DNA from: Alphaproteobacteria bacterium
GTDB lineage: Bacteria; Pseudomonadota; Alphaproteobacteria; SHVV01
Reading direction: 5' to 3'
Length of the DNA stretch: 64,000 nt
Assembly (NCBI GenBank): GCA_965261735.1
Contig: OZ253470.1
Coordinates: 4,128,001 to 4,192,000, forward strand
A model generated the notes under the pieces. It was not told where the DNA came from. It saw only the letters and a program-made list of their open reading frames with translations, and ran no database searches. The translations under genes and the position numbers were made by a program. This document shows positions 28,250 through 37,701 of this stretch, piece after piece. Numbering within the stretch: the first letter of the stretch is position 1; every line of letters begins with the position of its first letter.

Positions 28250-29494
28250 ATTACACAGCACCCAACAGTGGCGCCGCAGGCAGCGTCCGCGGAGCCCGTC
28301 GCGCCGACGCGATGGGGCATTGTGGCCATCGCCGTGGCTGCCGGCGTGGTCGCCGCGACCCAAGTCGGCAAGGCGCCGCCGTCGCTCCCTGACATCCGCG
28401 CCGAACTTGCGGTCGGCATGGTCGGCGCGGGTTGGATCGTCTCGATACTGAACGCCACGACCGCCACCCTCGGTATCGCCATCGGCACCATCGCCGACCG
28501 CGTTGGCCACAACCGGGCGCTCGCCTTCGGCCTCGCCCTGCTGGCCATCGGCAGCCTGCTCGGTGGTATCGCCGGCAGCGCCGGCGCGATGCTTCTCACC
28601 CGTTTTCTCGAGGGCATCGGCTTCGTCTGCATCATCGTCGCGGCACCGTCCCTAATCGCCGAAGCCGCATCGCTCCGCCACCAGCGTCTCGCCCTCGGCC
28701 TCTGGAGCGCCTACTTCCCGGCCGGGATGGGGGCGATGATGGTGGCCTCGCTGTTCGTCCTCGAACCCTACGGATGGCGCAGTCTGTGGTTTGCGTCCGC
28801 GGTGCTGATCCTGGTTTTCCTCATGGTTTTTCTGGTGGTGGCGGCGCGCGGGCGGCGCGGTGGGCGGTTGCCTAGCGGTGCCCGTGCCGGGCGTGGGCGC
28901 GCGCTCGCGGATGTCCGGCGGGCGCTGGCGCGGCCGGGACCTTGGCTGCTAGCGTTTACGTTCACCGCCTTTTCGTTGCAGTGGCTGGGGCTCCTCGCGT
29001 GGCTGCCCACCTTTCTCGTCGAGCAGGGCTACACCCGGGCGACGGCCGCGCTGGTGACGGCGGTGGTCGTCGTGCTCGAGGCCCCCGGCAACCTTATCGG
29101 CGGCTGGCTCCTGCATCGCGGCGCGTCGCGCTGGACCCTGATATCGGTGGCGATGCTCGCCATGGCCACAATGGGCGCGGCGATCCTCGTGCCAGCCGTA
29201 CCGCCCGTCGCGAAGGTCGTCTTGGCCCTCGCCTTCACGCTGATCAGCGGTCTCGTGCCGGCGGCGGTGCTGTCGGGCGCGCCCGTTCATGCCGCTGCGC
29301 CCGGCCTGATCGGCACCGTCAACGGGGTCATCGCCCAAGGCTCGAACCTCGGCAGTCTCATGGGGCCACCAGCGTTCGCCGCCGTCGTCGTGGGGTTCGG
29401 CGGTTGGCAGCATGCGAGCTGGTTGATGCTCGGGGCCGGGCTCGTCGGCGTCCTTCTGGCCCTGGCCATCCGCCTCGTTGAAGAGCGCCTGTGA
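28250..29494 (+). CDS. MFS transporter, tandem paralogue of 27010-28176
   Basis: Shares PTRWG, Q.GK.PP..PDIRAEL and LAWLPTFL; start uncertain (ATT 28250 or GTG 28268). Confidence 0.87.
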   Translation: MTQHPTVAPQAASAEPVAPTRWGIVAIAVAAGVVAATQVGKAPPSLPDIRAELAVGMVGAGWIVSILNATTATLGIAIGTIADRVGHNRALAFGLALLAIGSLLGGIAGSAGAMLLTRFLEGIGFVCIIVAAPSLIAEAASLRHQRLALGLWSAYFPAGMGAMMVASLFVLEPYGWRSLWFASAVLILVFLMVFLVVAARGRRGGRLPSGARAGRGRALADVRRALARPGPWLLAFTFTAFSLQWLGLLAWLPTFLVEQGYTRATAALVTAVVVVLEAPGNLIGGWLLHRGASRWTLISVAMLAMATMGAAILVPAVPPVAKVVLALAFTLISGLVPAAVLSGAPVHAAAPGLIGTVNGVIAQGSNLGSLMGPPAFAAVVVGFGGWQHASWLMLGAGLVGVLLALAIRLVEERL

Positions 29495-29504
29495 GGAGGC
29501 GCGC

Positions 29505-29987
29505 CTACGCCCAGAGCCCGTGGCGGCGGTGCCACGCCTCCAGTGACTCGTCGGGGTAGTCGGCGAACGTCACGTCCTTTGCCCCCTCGGGGATGCGGAC
29601 CCAAGGCGCCGCGGAGCCGGTCATCATGTGAACACGCTCCGGCGGCGCCAGCAGCGGCGTGTCGATGGCCGACGCGAAGGGGTAGATCCACTGCGGGTAG
29701 TGCTCGTTGGCCGCCCACAGGGCGGTGCCGCACGAGCCGCAGAAGAAGCGATGTGCGGTGCCGGTTTCGCCCGGTTTGAGGTCCGGCCGTCGCACGCGGT
29801 AGTCGACGATTCGATCGCCCCCGGTGACCGAGAGGGTTGCAGCCTCTCCCATGATGTTGATGGCGCTACCGCCGCCGCCGCCAACCTTGCGACAGATCGA
29901 GCAATAGCAGTGGAGGAACGGCTGCGGGGCGTGCGACTCGACGGTGAAGCGGACCGCGCCACAATGGCAGGAGCCTTCGAGCTGCAT
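29505..29987 (-). CDS. GFA / CENP-V family zinc-binding protein
   Basis: GSCHCG, CYCSICRK, RFFCGSCGT. Confidence 0.92.
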   Translation of the reverse strand: MQLEGSCHCGAVRFTVESHAPQPFLHCYCSICRKVGGGGGSAINIMGEAATLSVTGGDRIVDYRVRRPDLKPGETGTAHRFFCGSCGTALWAANEHYPQWIYPFASAIDTPLLAPPERVHMMTGSAAPWVRIPEGAKDVTFADYPDESLEAWHRRHGLWA

Positions 29988-30121
29988 GGGCTGCCTCCGC
30001 GGATAAGCCCACGCCAGACGGGACGCGGGCCACCATTCTGCGGAGGGCGGTGGCGCGCCGCAAGGTCAAAGAAGCGTCCCGGGCGAGCTCTCCGTGGCGA
30101 CGGGTCGGCGCGCCTCGCGCG

Positions 30122-30355
30122 TCAGCCGCTCTGGAAGAGCTGGAGAATTGTGCCCGGCCCGGCATTGGCGATCGACAGCGACTGCATGCCGAGCTGCTGC
30201 TTGATCTGGAACGCCTGCAGGTTGGCGCTTTCCTCGGCGAGGTCAGCGTCGACCAGGTTGCCGAGACCTTCCTTGAGAATGTCGACGAGTTTGCCCGTGA
30301 AATCGGCCTGGATTTCGATCCGCTTCGAGGACGAGCCGAGCGCTGCCAGCCGCGT
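30122..30355 (-). pseudogene. Flagellin C-terminal remnant
   Basis: GLGNLVDADLAEESANLQAFQIKQQLGMQSLSIAN...ILQLF; no flagellin N-terminus present. Confidence 0.85.
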
Positions 30356-30594
30356 TTGATCAGGTAGCCGCTGCGTGGAAGGGCGAGCTTCCCTTGCTGC
30401 ACGAGCGGCCATAGCGTTTCCGCGATCAACTCAGCGTTCCTGTCCTGCTTCTGAGCCGTCTGTGACGCAAGCCACTCTGCGAACGCACGCTCGCCGATGT
30501 CCTCGCCGACCGACTTGCGCAGCGCATTCAGCTTGCGGAGCTACCCCTTAGTCAGGGAGTTCACATCAATCACGTTGGAAGACATCTGTGTCAT
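30350..30594 (-). pseudogene. Small hypothetical protein with internal TAG, truncated by the flagellin fragment
   Basis: MTQMSSNVIDVNSLTKG*LRKLNALRKSVGEDIGERAFAEWL...GYLIKRG; RBS GGAG. Confidence 0.55.
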
Positions 30595-30704
30595 GAGTCT
30601 GTCTCCAGCCTCAATGGTGCGGGAATTGCCGAGCCGCATATAGCAGCAAATAGTAGTGCGTGCCAGGATCATGCAGTCTTACCATGGCGACGCAGACACA
30701 ACCT

Positions 30705-31049
30705 CTATTTCATGATGTAAAAAGCCAGCTTGTTTCCATCCAAGTCCCTGAAATACCCGCCGTAGAATCCGCCAGTGCCACGCGGTCCAAGCGCCCCCTC
30801 GTCCTTCCCCCCGAGCTCAAGAGGCGTGGCATATAATGCATTAACCTGCTCTTCGCTTCCTGCTCTGAACGCAATCATCGTGCTATTGCCTACAGTAGCC
30901 GGGTTTCCATCGTAGGGCTTGATTGCGCAGAATGCCGTTTCACCCGATGGGGCCTCCCACTGGATGAAGGTTTCTGCTTCCGCCGTCCGCTTCGCGCCGA
31001 TATCTCCGAGAAGCGCATCATAGAACCGACCGGCGCGTTCAATGTCGTT
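30705..31049 (-). pseudogene. VOC/glyoxalase family protein, 5'-truncated by IS1595
   Basis: GGKDEG..G.R...FYGGYFRDLDGNKL; close paralogue at 56312 has the N-terminus that is missing here. Confidence 0.88.
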
Positions 31050-31067
31050 CCTGCTTATCCGTGACAT

Positions 31068-32003
31068 TCATCCTGCGATGAGGAGGCGGTAGGGCATCGG
31101 GTCGGTTCGGGCGGCGCTATGGACGAAGCGCGGGATCATCGTCTGGAGTTGATAACGGCGGTTGTAGCGCCAGGCGAAACTGACGAGGTAGCGCCCGGTG
31201 TGATCGGGGCCGAGCTTGCGATAGGTCCCGGTGACCGTGCACTTGATGTTGCCGAGCGCCGTATTGACCCATTTGAATGACGCCACGCGGGCCGCCTTGC
31301 GTCTCGAGCCGGTGCGGATTGCCCGATGGCTGCAGGTGGCCTCGTCGAGTGCGCTCCAGCAGCCCAAGCGGTCCGTCACAACCGCCGCGCCGGGGGCCAG
31401 CCAGTGCTTGGCGCCGCGCGCGATCTCGCGCTTGCGGAAGCCCTTGACCGGCGCCAGCTTCAGCTTGCGCGGGCGCCCCTCGGGACTGGTCGAGACCGCC
31501 GCCACGAAGGGCGTTTTGCCCGCCGCGCCGCGGCCCCGCTTGCCGCCGGAGCGCACCCCGCCGAGATAGGCGTCGTCCATCTCGACCCGCCCCGTAAGCG
31601 CCGTCTCCCCCTCGCGCCGCGCCATCACCGCCATGATCTTGTGCTTCACGGCCCAGGCCGTCGGCTGCTTGACCCCGAGACGGCGGCCGAGTTCCACCGA
31701 CGAGATGCCGTTCTTCGCCGTCACGATCAGGTGGATGGCGGCAAACCAGACTGTCAGCGGCAGCTTGGTCGCGTGGAAGATCGTGCCCGCCGTGGGCGAT
31801 GTCTGCTTCTTGCACCGGTTGCATTGATAGAGACCCCGACCCGCCAACACGCAATGCTCCCGATGGCCGCAGCAGGGGCAGACGAAGCCGCCCGGCCAGC
31901 GCAGCCGGACCAGCGCCGCGCGGCACTGCTCCTTGGTGCCGAAGGCCTCCCGAAACGCCTCGTCGTTCAGACCACGCACGCGCGATGCAACCTTGAACCC
32001 CAT
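31068..32003 (-). CDS. IS1595-family transposase
   Basis: RWP.GFVCP zinc ribbon, TAGTIF, VEMDD.YLGG, GRGAAGK. Confidence 0.92.
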   Translation of the reverse strand: MGFKVASRVRGLNDEAFREAFGTKEQCRAALVRLRWPGGFVCPCCGHREHCVLAGRGLYQCNRCKKQTSPTAGTIFHATKLPLTVWFAAIHLIVTAKNGISSVELGRRLGVKQPTAWAVKHKIMAVMARREGETALTGRVEMDDAYLGGVRSGGKRGRGAAGKTPFVAAVSTSPEGRPRKLKLAPVKGFRKREIARGAKHWLAPGAAVVTDRLGCWSALDEATCSHRAIRTGSRRKAARVASFKWVNTALGNIKCTVTGTYRKLGPDHTGRYLVSFAWRYNRRYQLQTMIPRFVHSAARTDPMPYRLLIAG

Positions 32004-32023
32004 AACCGTGACCCCCTCATACA

Positions 32024-32038
32024 GAACATATTGAGAAC
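32024..32038. promoter_or_regulatory. Alphaproteobacterial LexA (SOS) box inside IS1595
   Basis: GAAC-ATATTGA-GAAC (GAAC-N7-GAAC), about 20 bp upstream of the transposase ATG. Confidence 0.65.
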
Positions 32039-32077
32039 ATACATCCCCATAGGCGGAGTGTCACGGATAAGCAGGAA

Positions 32078-32095
32078 ATGTTTTGATGACGGACA
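32078..32095. mobile_element. Orphan IS terminal stub matching the ends at 45050 and 49229
   Basis: TGTTTTGATGACGGACA is identical to 49213-49229. Confidence 0.6.
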
Positions 32096-32175
32096 TGCCC
32101 ATCCGCCCCTCTCGCGCGCAGATTCGCACATCTGCTTGAACCGAAGGCCATATGCTAATGGCGAGCAGTCAAACA

Positions 32176-32790
32176 CTAAGTTGCTTTTGTGTATGGCCCG
32201 AAAACCCAGTAGAAGATTGATACTTTTGTATCGAAAGCCGTTCCTCCAACAATTTCTCCTCCTTCATAGATCGATTGATCGCCAAAATACTTTTTTACGG
32301 CATCCGTCAACGCCATTACGCTGTGCGGCATGCAGCGCTCTATTTCACGCCTGTATTTTACGATCCCTCCTAGTTCTTCTGAAGGAACCGAGTAAGGGTG
32401 TGTGGCTAATAGCAATGTCATAATTTCTGGACTCACGTGTTTACCTTCCGAATAATCTATCATTTTCTTGACATCTTTCTGCACCTTTGTTGGATATTTA
32501 TTTTCCGCTTTATTCGTGAACATATCGAAGGAATACATCGCCTTGGCTTCGACGAGCATGACCGGACTTGAATCTTCAATTATGGCTAAATCAAATCTTT
32601 TCCATTCGCGGGCTATTTGAATGTTCTCTTCATCTCTCATTAAGCTCTGCAGGCTATACGCGATACGGTCGCGGATGGTTAGCTCTATTTTACCGGTTAG
32701 TGCTAGGTAAGCCAATTCGTTGCAGTCGAAGTCTGTATGTAGGTTCTTCATGGCTGAACAGAATAGTTTCGGCCAGTTATGACGTGTCAT
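32176..32790 (-). CDS. Low-GC hypothetical protein with a PD-(D/E)xK nuclease-like motif
   Basis: AREWKRFDLAI...LVEAK; AT-rich relative to its flanks. Confidence 0.65.
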   Translation of the reverse strand: MTRHNWPKLFCSAMKNLHTDFDCNELAYLALTGKIELTIRDRIAYSLQSLMRDEENIQIAREWKRFDLAIIEDSSPVMLVEAKAMYSFDMFTNKAENKYPTKVQKDVKKMIDYSEGKHVSPEIMTLLLATHPYSVPSEELGGIVKYRREIERCMPHSVMALTDAVKKYFGDQSIYEGGEIVGGTAFDTKVSIFYWVFGPYTKAT

Positions 32791-32941
32791 ATTTAAATTA
32801 CCTTTCTGTTATGCGATCTTACTGCAGCAGTTATCTTAAACACTAAGGGTATCCGTCATCATGAGCTGCGCCTGGTTTGGCGGGGGCCATTTCGCTTGAT
32901 TCATGCCGCCATGGCTGACTGCTTGAGCATGGCGTAGTGGC

Positions 32942-33075
32942 GAGCTATTGTCAAAAGTTGGTGACGCAGGTTTCAGGCGGCGCGTTCGGTTAGCTTTTCT
33001 CCGTCCTTGAATTTGACGCCTTGAATGATGTCGGCGATCTGGTGCGAGCCGTCCAGGCGACGCCACTTCTTGCTG
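32942..33075 (-). mobile_element. IS256-family right-end remnant
   Basis: KKWRRLDG...IIQGVKFKDG...AA* followed by an IS256-like terminus GTCACCAACTTTTGACAATAGCTC. Confidence 0.75.
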
Positions 33076-33800
33076 GCCGACTGGCACAGCGGGCCACGCA
33101 GCGCACCGAGGCGCTGGAGCGTCTCGAAGCCGATCTCGAAACACTGATGCAGGTGGAGGGCCTGGCCATGCGCCCCGGCCCTCGCCAACCAATCGACGCG
33201 GCATTGGTCTCGCTCCTGTGCGAGGCCATTCTGACCCGCTGGACGGTGGAATTCCGCTACCTCGCCCAGTCGACAAGGAGATCAAGCCGCCAGCGTGTCG
33301 AGCCATACGGTTTGCTCTACGGCACCCGCGCCTTTCTGGTCGGGCGGACCGACTGGAGCGAGGAACCGCGCCTCTGGCGCCTTGCCAACATCGGCGATGC
33401 CCGGATCACCGGCGAGCGGTTCGAGCGGGACCCGGAATTCGACCTGCAGCACTACTCCAGACGGTCGTTCGGCACGTTCCAGGAAAAACCCGTTCAGGTG
33501 ACCCTGCGTTTCGATGCCAAGGCAGCGCCGGACGCCTCGGCCTTCCTCTTCCACCCGGACCAGTCCATCGAAAAGCACAGCGACGGCACGCTCACGGTGC
33601 GCTTCAAGGCCGGCGGCATCAACGAGATGTGCTGGCATCTGGTCACTTGGGGCGAGAGCGTCACCGTTGAGAAGCCCGTCCGGCTGCGCCACCGCCTGGC
33701 CAGGATGTGCGCATCGCTCGCTGCGCATCCAGGATGTGCGCATCGCTCGCTGCGCATCATGGGGAAGATGCAAGTCCTTGAATTTCTTGGGCCGATTTAA
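33075..33800 (+). pseudogene. WYL-domain transcriptional regulator; N-terminal HTH lost
   Basis: FRY...R.VEPYGLLYG...FLVG...WRLANI, WCX-like C-terminus; fused to the IS256 remnant. Confidence 0.82.
33701..33758 (+). repeat. Perfect 29-bp tandem duplication at the WYL 3' end
   Basis: CAGGATGTGCGCATCGCTCGCTGCGCATC twice. Confidence 0.9.
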
Positions 33801-33874
33801 GGCAATGTCGCGCCGGGCGGATATTCAACATTGCGAACAGAAGAAAATTGTGGGCCCTCCGGAAACGGCGGGAA

Positions 33875-34160
33875 TGAATGGCTCGAACACTACGTTCACG
33901 TGTTGATCGATCCGAGGACCGGCCAGATCTTCTACATCTGCCGGGTGAAGGCGGCAGGGTCTTCGCTCACGCCGATGGCACGGTAACGGAAGACGATAAC
34001 GACGCCGGGGATGGTGACGCGTTGTCTCCCAGGCGCAAGGTCATTCGACCGATAAGAAGCAACAGCCTGGAGCCGATCTACGTCATACACAGGCACGGTA
34101 TGCCGAAGGTCCTTGTCAGCGTTGGATGGACAAGGCCCACCTTGCCCGACAGCGCATCTT
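33875..34160 (+). pseudogene. GIY-YIG (LEM-3-like) nuclease remnant, frameshifted
   Basis: HYVHVLIDPRTGQIFYI / GEGGRVFAH...VIHRHGM across two frames. Confidence 0.65.
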
Positions 34161-34400
34161 GATCAACTGCAGTCCCGGACATTCCGCTTTGTCTTGCGGA
34201 CGATTTTCCGAACAACGCTTCATGTATACGACCGAATATGCCGTATCTATGTGTTAGCGTCCCTCCATTGCATCAATCTGGACTGCGCCATACTGGCCGT
34301 TTGCGAATGAAGCCTGCTCGCCGTTAATCCTGCGAATAAGGCCTCAACTCTTTACTCACAGGCGCTGACGGGAGACGAGGTTGCGACAGGGGGACATCCG

Positions 34401-34949
34401 ATGAATACCGAAGCCGGAAACCCGGACCCAGAACATCCAGGCCCGATCCATGCCGGCTGGAACACATCTGAATTCTTTGAAAATGCCACAGCAGAGGACG
34501 TGGCGCATTGCTTGGGATCCGGCGCGGATGTGCAGGCGCGTGACAAGTACGGATGCTCGCCCCTGCACTTTGCGGCTCGCCTCGGCTCTCTGGAGGTGAT
34601 CGCGGCGTTGCTCGCCGCCGGCGTCGATCCAAAAGCGTCTGCCGAAGATGGACGCATCCCCCTGCATTTTGCGGCTCGCTGGGGCTCCCCGGGGGCAGTC
34701 GCGGCGCTGCTCGCCGCTGGTGCCGACCTGAAAGCATGCGACAGGCGTAGACGCACACCGTTGTTCTGGGCAGCACTTCGCGACTGCTCTTGTGCGGTTA
34801 TGGCGCTGCTCGCCGCCAGCGCCGATCCGAAGGCGTGTGCCGAAGACGGATGCTCGCCCCTGCACGTCGCGGCTCGCTGGGGCTCTCCGGATGCGATCGC
34901 GGCGCTGATCGCCGCGCGTGCTCTTGGTCGTGATGAACGAGGCGTTTGA
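34401..34949 (+). CDS. Ankyrin repeat protein
   Basis: Four G.(S/T/I)PL(H/F).AA..G....V..LL.AGAD units with 99-bp periodicity. Confidence 0.9.
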   Translation: MNTEAGNPDPEHPGPIHAGWNTSEFFENATAEDVAHCLGSGADVQARDKYGCSPLHFAARLGSLEVIAALLAAGVDPKASAEDGRIPLHFAARWGSPGAVAALLAAGADLKACDRRRRTPLFWAALRDCSCAVMALLAASADPKACAEDGCSPLHVAARWGSPDAIAALIAARALGRDERGV

Positions 34950-35296
34950 AACCCTGGAGATCTGGGAAGCAGAGCGTAGCGCAGTCGTGGAAGCGCTGAC
35001 TGCGCCGGGAAGCAAGGCACGCAATAGACGCGGCTCCTTGGCCGTCTCTAAGTTCAAGCAAATTGGGAAACGGGTGTGGCCCAGCAATCATAGGACGGGT
35101 ATGCGGCTCGACCCGGAGTTGACGGGACCGTGTGGCTATTCTGGCGGAGTCTGGCCGGTCTGTTGTCCTCTGAGCTCGACGAGACCGATTCCCAAGCCAC
35201 AAACTATCAACGGCGGCGTGATCTTCTCCCGTTGGATTGGTCGATCCTTAGGTTGTGGATTGAGGAGGGCGGGAGATGGCAAGAAACCGTCAATGC

Positions 35297-35331
35297 ACTG
35301 ACATTCAAACCGGACCACTTTTAGGGGGTCA
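35297..35331 (+). mobile_element. Possible IS3-family right-end stub
   Basis: ACATTCAAACCGGACCAC...GGGGGTCA (LTFKPDH) resembles IS407-group ends from memory. Confidence 0.4.
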
Positions 35332-35389
35332 CTCCAAATTTTATCGGGATTACCAACAGTTTTTCCTTGCTTTCAGAAAGAAACAAGAG

Positions 35390-35848
35390 ATGTGTGCGTA
35401 CTATTCGCCGGCTATCTATTCCCTTATTGATCACCGCGGGGACATGGCCCAATACGGAACGACCGTTGAGGCGTGCCCGGATACTATTGACGAGGTTCTC
35501 AAGGCACGAAACATGGGTGAGACAGTACATGAAGGTTGCTCTCCCTCATCACTTCCCCCGAACAGTCAATCTTTGTCTGATATGATCGCATCGGATGACT
35601 GTACTGCCGCCGCATTACATCTGGCATGTTTTGTCGGTTTCCTTGCCCTCAAATCAGGCTCTGCCACCATTGAGGAAGTACTGGGGGACACCGGCCTCAT
35701 CCATGAGATGGTACACCGCATGTGTAGCGTAGATGAAGAGGATGATTATCCGTTCATCGAGAGCCAGGAGGAATTGGCGGATATGGCTCACCGCATAGAG
35801 CGGACAATACCTGGTTACCCATTCACACCCACTATGTATCGTCCTTGA
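35390..35848 (+). CDS. Hypothetical protein
   Basis: Open frame with protein-like composition; start uncertain. Confidence 0.5.
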   Translation: MCAYYSPAIYSLIDHRGDMAQYGTTVEACPDTIDEVLKARNMGETVHEGCSPSSLPPNSQSLSDMIASDDCTAAALHLACFVGFLALKSGSATIEEVLGDTGLIHEMVHRMCSVDEEDDYPFIESQEELADMAHRIERTIPGYPFTPTMYRP

Positions 35849-35959
35849 CCATCGCAATAGGCGCATTCGTGGTGGTGAGCCAACCACTGGCGGGACCGTG
35901 GCGCATTCGGTGAGGACCATGCACGAGCGCGTGCGTCACCGGAGCCGACAGGCGACGGC

Positions 35960-36316
35960 TTGCCCGAGCACTTCAGCGTGGGGGACCGGGAGAGTCTCGC
36001 CAACCTCGACCCCGGCGCCCGTCAACGGGTACTGGACAAGCACCGGGCCATGGAGGCCGTGCAGAGCGGCGAGATCCTCGAACACCACGCGGACGCCTTT
36101 CAGCATGCAGAGCAGGGACAGATCGCGGCACAGCAGGTGCAATTCGAGCAACAGCGGATCCAGGCCGCGCTCGTCAGCGGGACACCTGCCGCGGCCGCTC
36201 CGCTCACGGGCTATCTGCTCGGCGCGCCCGAGGCCCATTGGAGCGATGCGGTCTCGTTCAGCGTCCGTTTCTTTGCATCGCTCATCCCATGTCCTCCTTT
36301 TCCGCTGTCTGATTAG
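35960..36316 (+). CDS. Hypothetical protein or fragment
   Basis: GC3-rich codon usage; TTG start uncertain. Confidence 0.4.
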   Translation: MPEHFSVGDRESLANLDPGARQRVLDKHRAMEAVQSGEILEHHADAFQHAEQGQIAAQQVQFEQQRIQAALVSGTPAAAAPLTGYLLGAPEAHWSDAVSFSVRFFASLIPCPPFPLSD

Positions 36317-36616
36317 CTGCCGCGCGGGCGGAAAACAGCAGCGCGCAAAGAGGTCTCGCACCTGGAGGCTCGGGTAGACGGGTGTGCCTATTATCGGCAG
36401 GGGGCGGCCTACAAGGAGGGACGAGTGAAGAACCCAGACAAGTTTCGAGAACTCGTGTATGCCCCGCGGATATGTCCAAATATGACGCATCCGCGTGTTA
36501 GTGTCTCTTTTCGCAAATGCCAGCCCCAGATGAATGTGCAGTTGAAGTAACGTCAGGGGTGGACATAGCAAAGTTCGCCGGGCGGCAAGAATCTAAAGCA
36601 CGAAAAGAGGCATGAA

Positions 36617-36877
36617 ATGGATCTAGAAGATACGAAACCTACGCCGGTCCCAGAACCCCATCTCTTCGACAACGACAAATTGCGGCTAGATGCTCCATAT
36701 CGTCTTCTGTCAGTTTCGGGAGTGGACACTCTCCCATCGAAGCAGGCCCTGGCTGTGACTTTGGAATTTTCCGGCCCTCAGGAACCCCTGACTTTTGTCC
36801 TGTCGCTTCCTGCGGCGGCGCAAATGGTGAATCAGCTTCGAATGGCCGTTGACGAGTGTATGTATCAGATTTACTGA
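36617..36877 (+). CDS. Hypothetical protein (86 aa)
   Basis: ATG after AAGAGG; protein-like composition. Confidence 0.6.
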   Translation: MDLEDTKPTPVPEPHLFDNDKLRLDAPYRLLSVSGVDTLPSKQALAVTLEFSGPQEPLTFVLSLPAAAQMVNQLRMAVDECMYQIY

Positions 36878-36927
36878 ATGCAGCCCCCGCACCAGGCCCC
36901 TTAAAGCCGTAACAGGTCCTGTTGCGG

Positions 36928-37205
36928 ATGACCCCTCTCTTGCGCAACGCCCTGCAGAACCTTTTCAGGAACAGGCCAGGTCCGGGCGCCGGGTGACTCC
37001 GATTGGCGTCTGCACTCTCGCGATCCCGCCCGCCATATCGTGGGTGATGTGGGAAGCAACACTGCCGTACGTGCTCGGCGTCGAGGCGCTGTGGGCGGGG
37101 GTATGGGCGTTCGCCGGGGCGGGCGCGGCCTGGAGAGTGTTTCAGTGGGGATTGGTTGCCGCGGTAGTGGCAGCGATCTACTGGTTCCTGTCCAACCTCT
37201 CGTGA
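36928..37205 (+). CDS. Hypothetical membrane protein or fragment
   Basis: Two to three hydrophobic Trp-rich helices; start unclear. Confidence 0.4.
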
Positions 37206-37283
37206 GGCCGCGCTCCGCCCCGGCGGGAGGTTGGGGATGCTGCGCGCCTTGGCCGACGGGACTGTTTTTGAAAGGATCAGATT

Positions 37284-37670
37284 ATGAGCGACGAGAAAAT
37301 CATCATCGGGATTGAACACGCGCTTCTGACTCTCGCGCGGGCAGATCAAATTCTTGAGGACATTACCCCGTCCAGAGAGAGTGATGAGGATGATGAGGGT
37401 GATGATGTGATCCCGTGGCAGGCCGCACACGTGTGGATCTTCAGGGCGATGAGCTTGCTGATAGATTCACTGGATGGTATCGAAACGGTGACCTTTTCGT
37501 CGGATGAAAGAATTCCCATTGCAAAAACCACCCAACCCTATGCGTACTTGCCCGCCCGGTATGCAGCGATAGCGGACAGGTACAAGGACCAAGCCCGCGA
37601 GGTTGAGGATCTTTTTGATGAGATTAAGGATGATTTGCGCGAATCTTCTTCTCTCGATGACGATGAGTAG
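37284..37670 (+). CDS. Acidic hypothetical protein
   Basis: ATG after AAAGGA; 128 aa. Confidence 0.65.
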   Translation: MSDEKIIIGIEHALLTLARADQILEDITPSRESDEDDEGDDVIPWQAAHVWIFRAMSLLIDSLDGIETVTFSSDERIPIAKTTQPYAYLPARYAAIADRYKDQAREVEDLFDEIKDDLRESSSLDDDE

Positions 37671-37701
37671 CCGGCGCCGCGCTCACCAAACTGAGGCGGC
37701 A

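Larger units (their letters stand above)
31050..32075 (-). mobile_element. IS1595-family insertion sequence
   Basis: Perfect 17-bp terminal inverted repeat CCTGCTTATCCGTGACA; no target duplication seen. Confidence 0.92.

Noticed and set aside
30122-30412. Functional mini-flagellin
   Set aside because: It lacks the N-terminal domain needed for export and polymerisation; the listed start comes from an unrelated upstream fragment.
33701-33758. 29-bp repeat as a mini-CRISPR
   Set aside because: The two copies are directly adjacent with no spacer; this is a simple tandem duplication.
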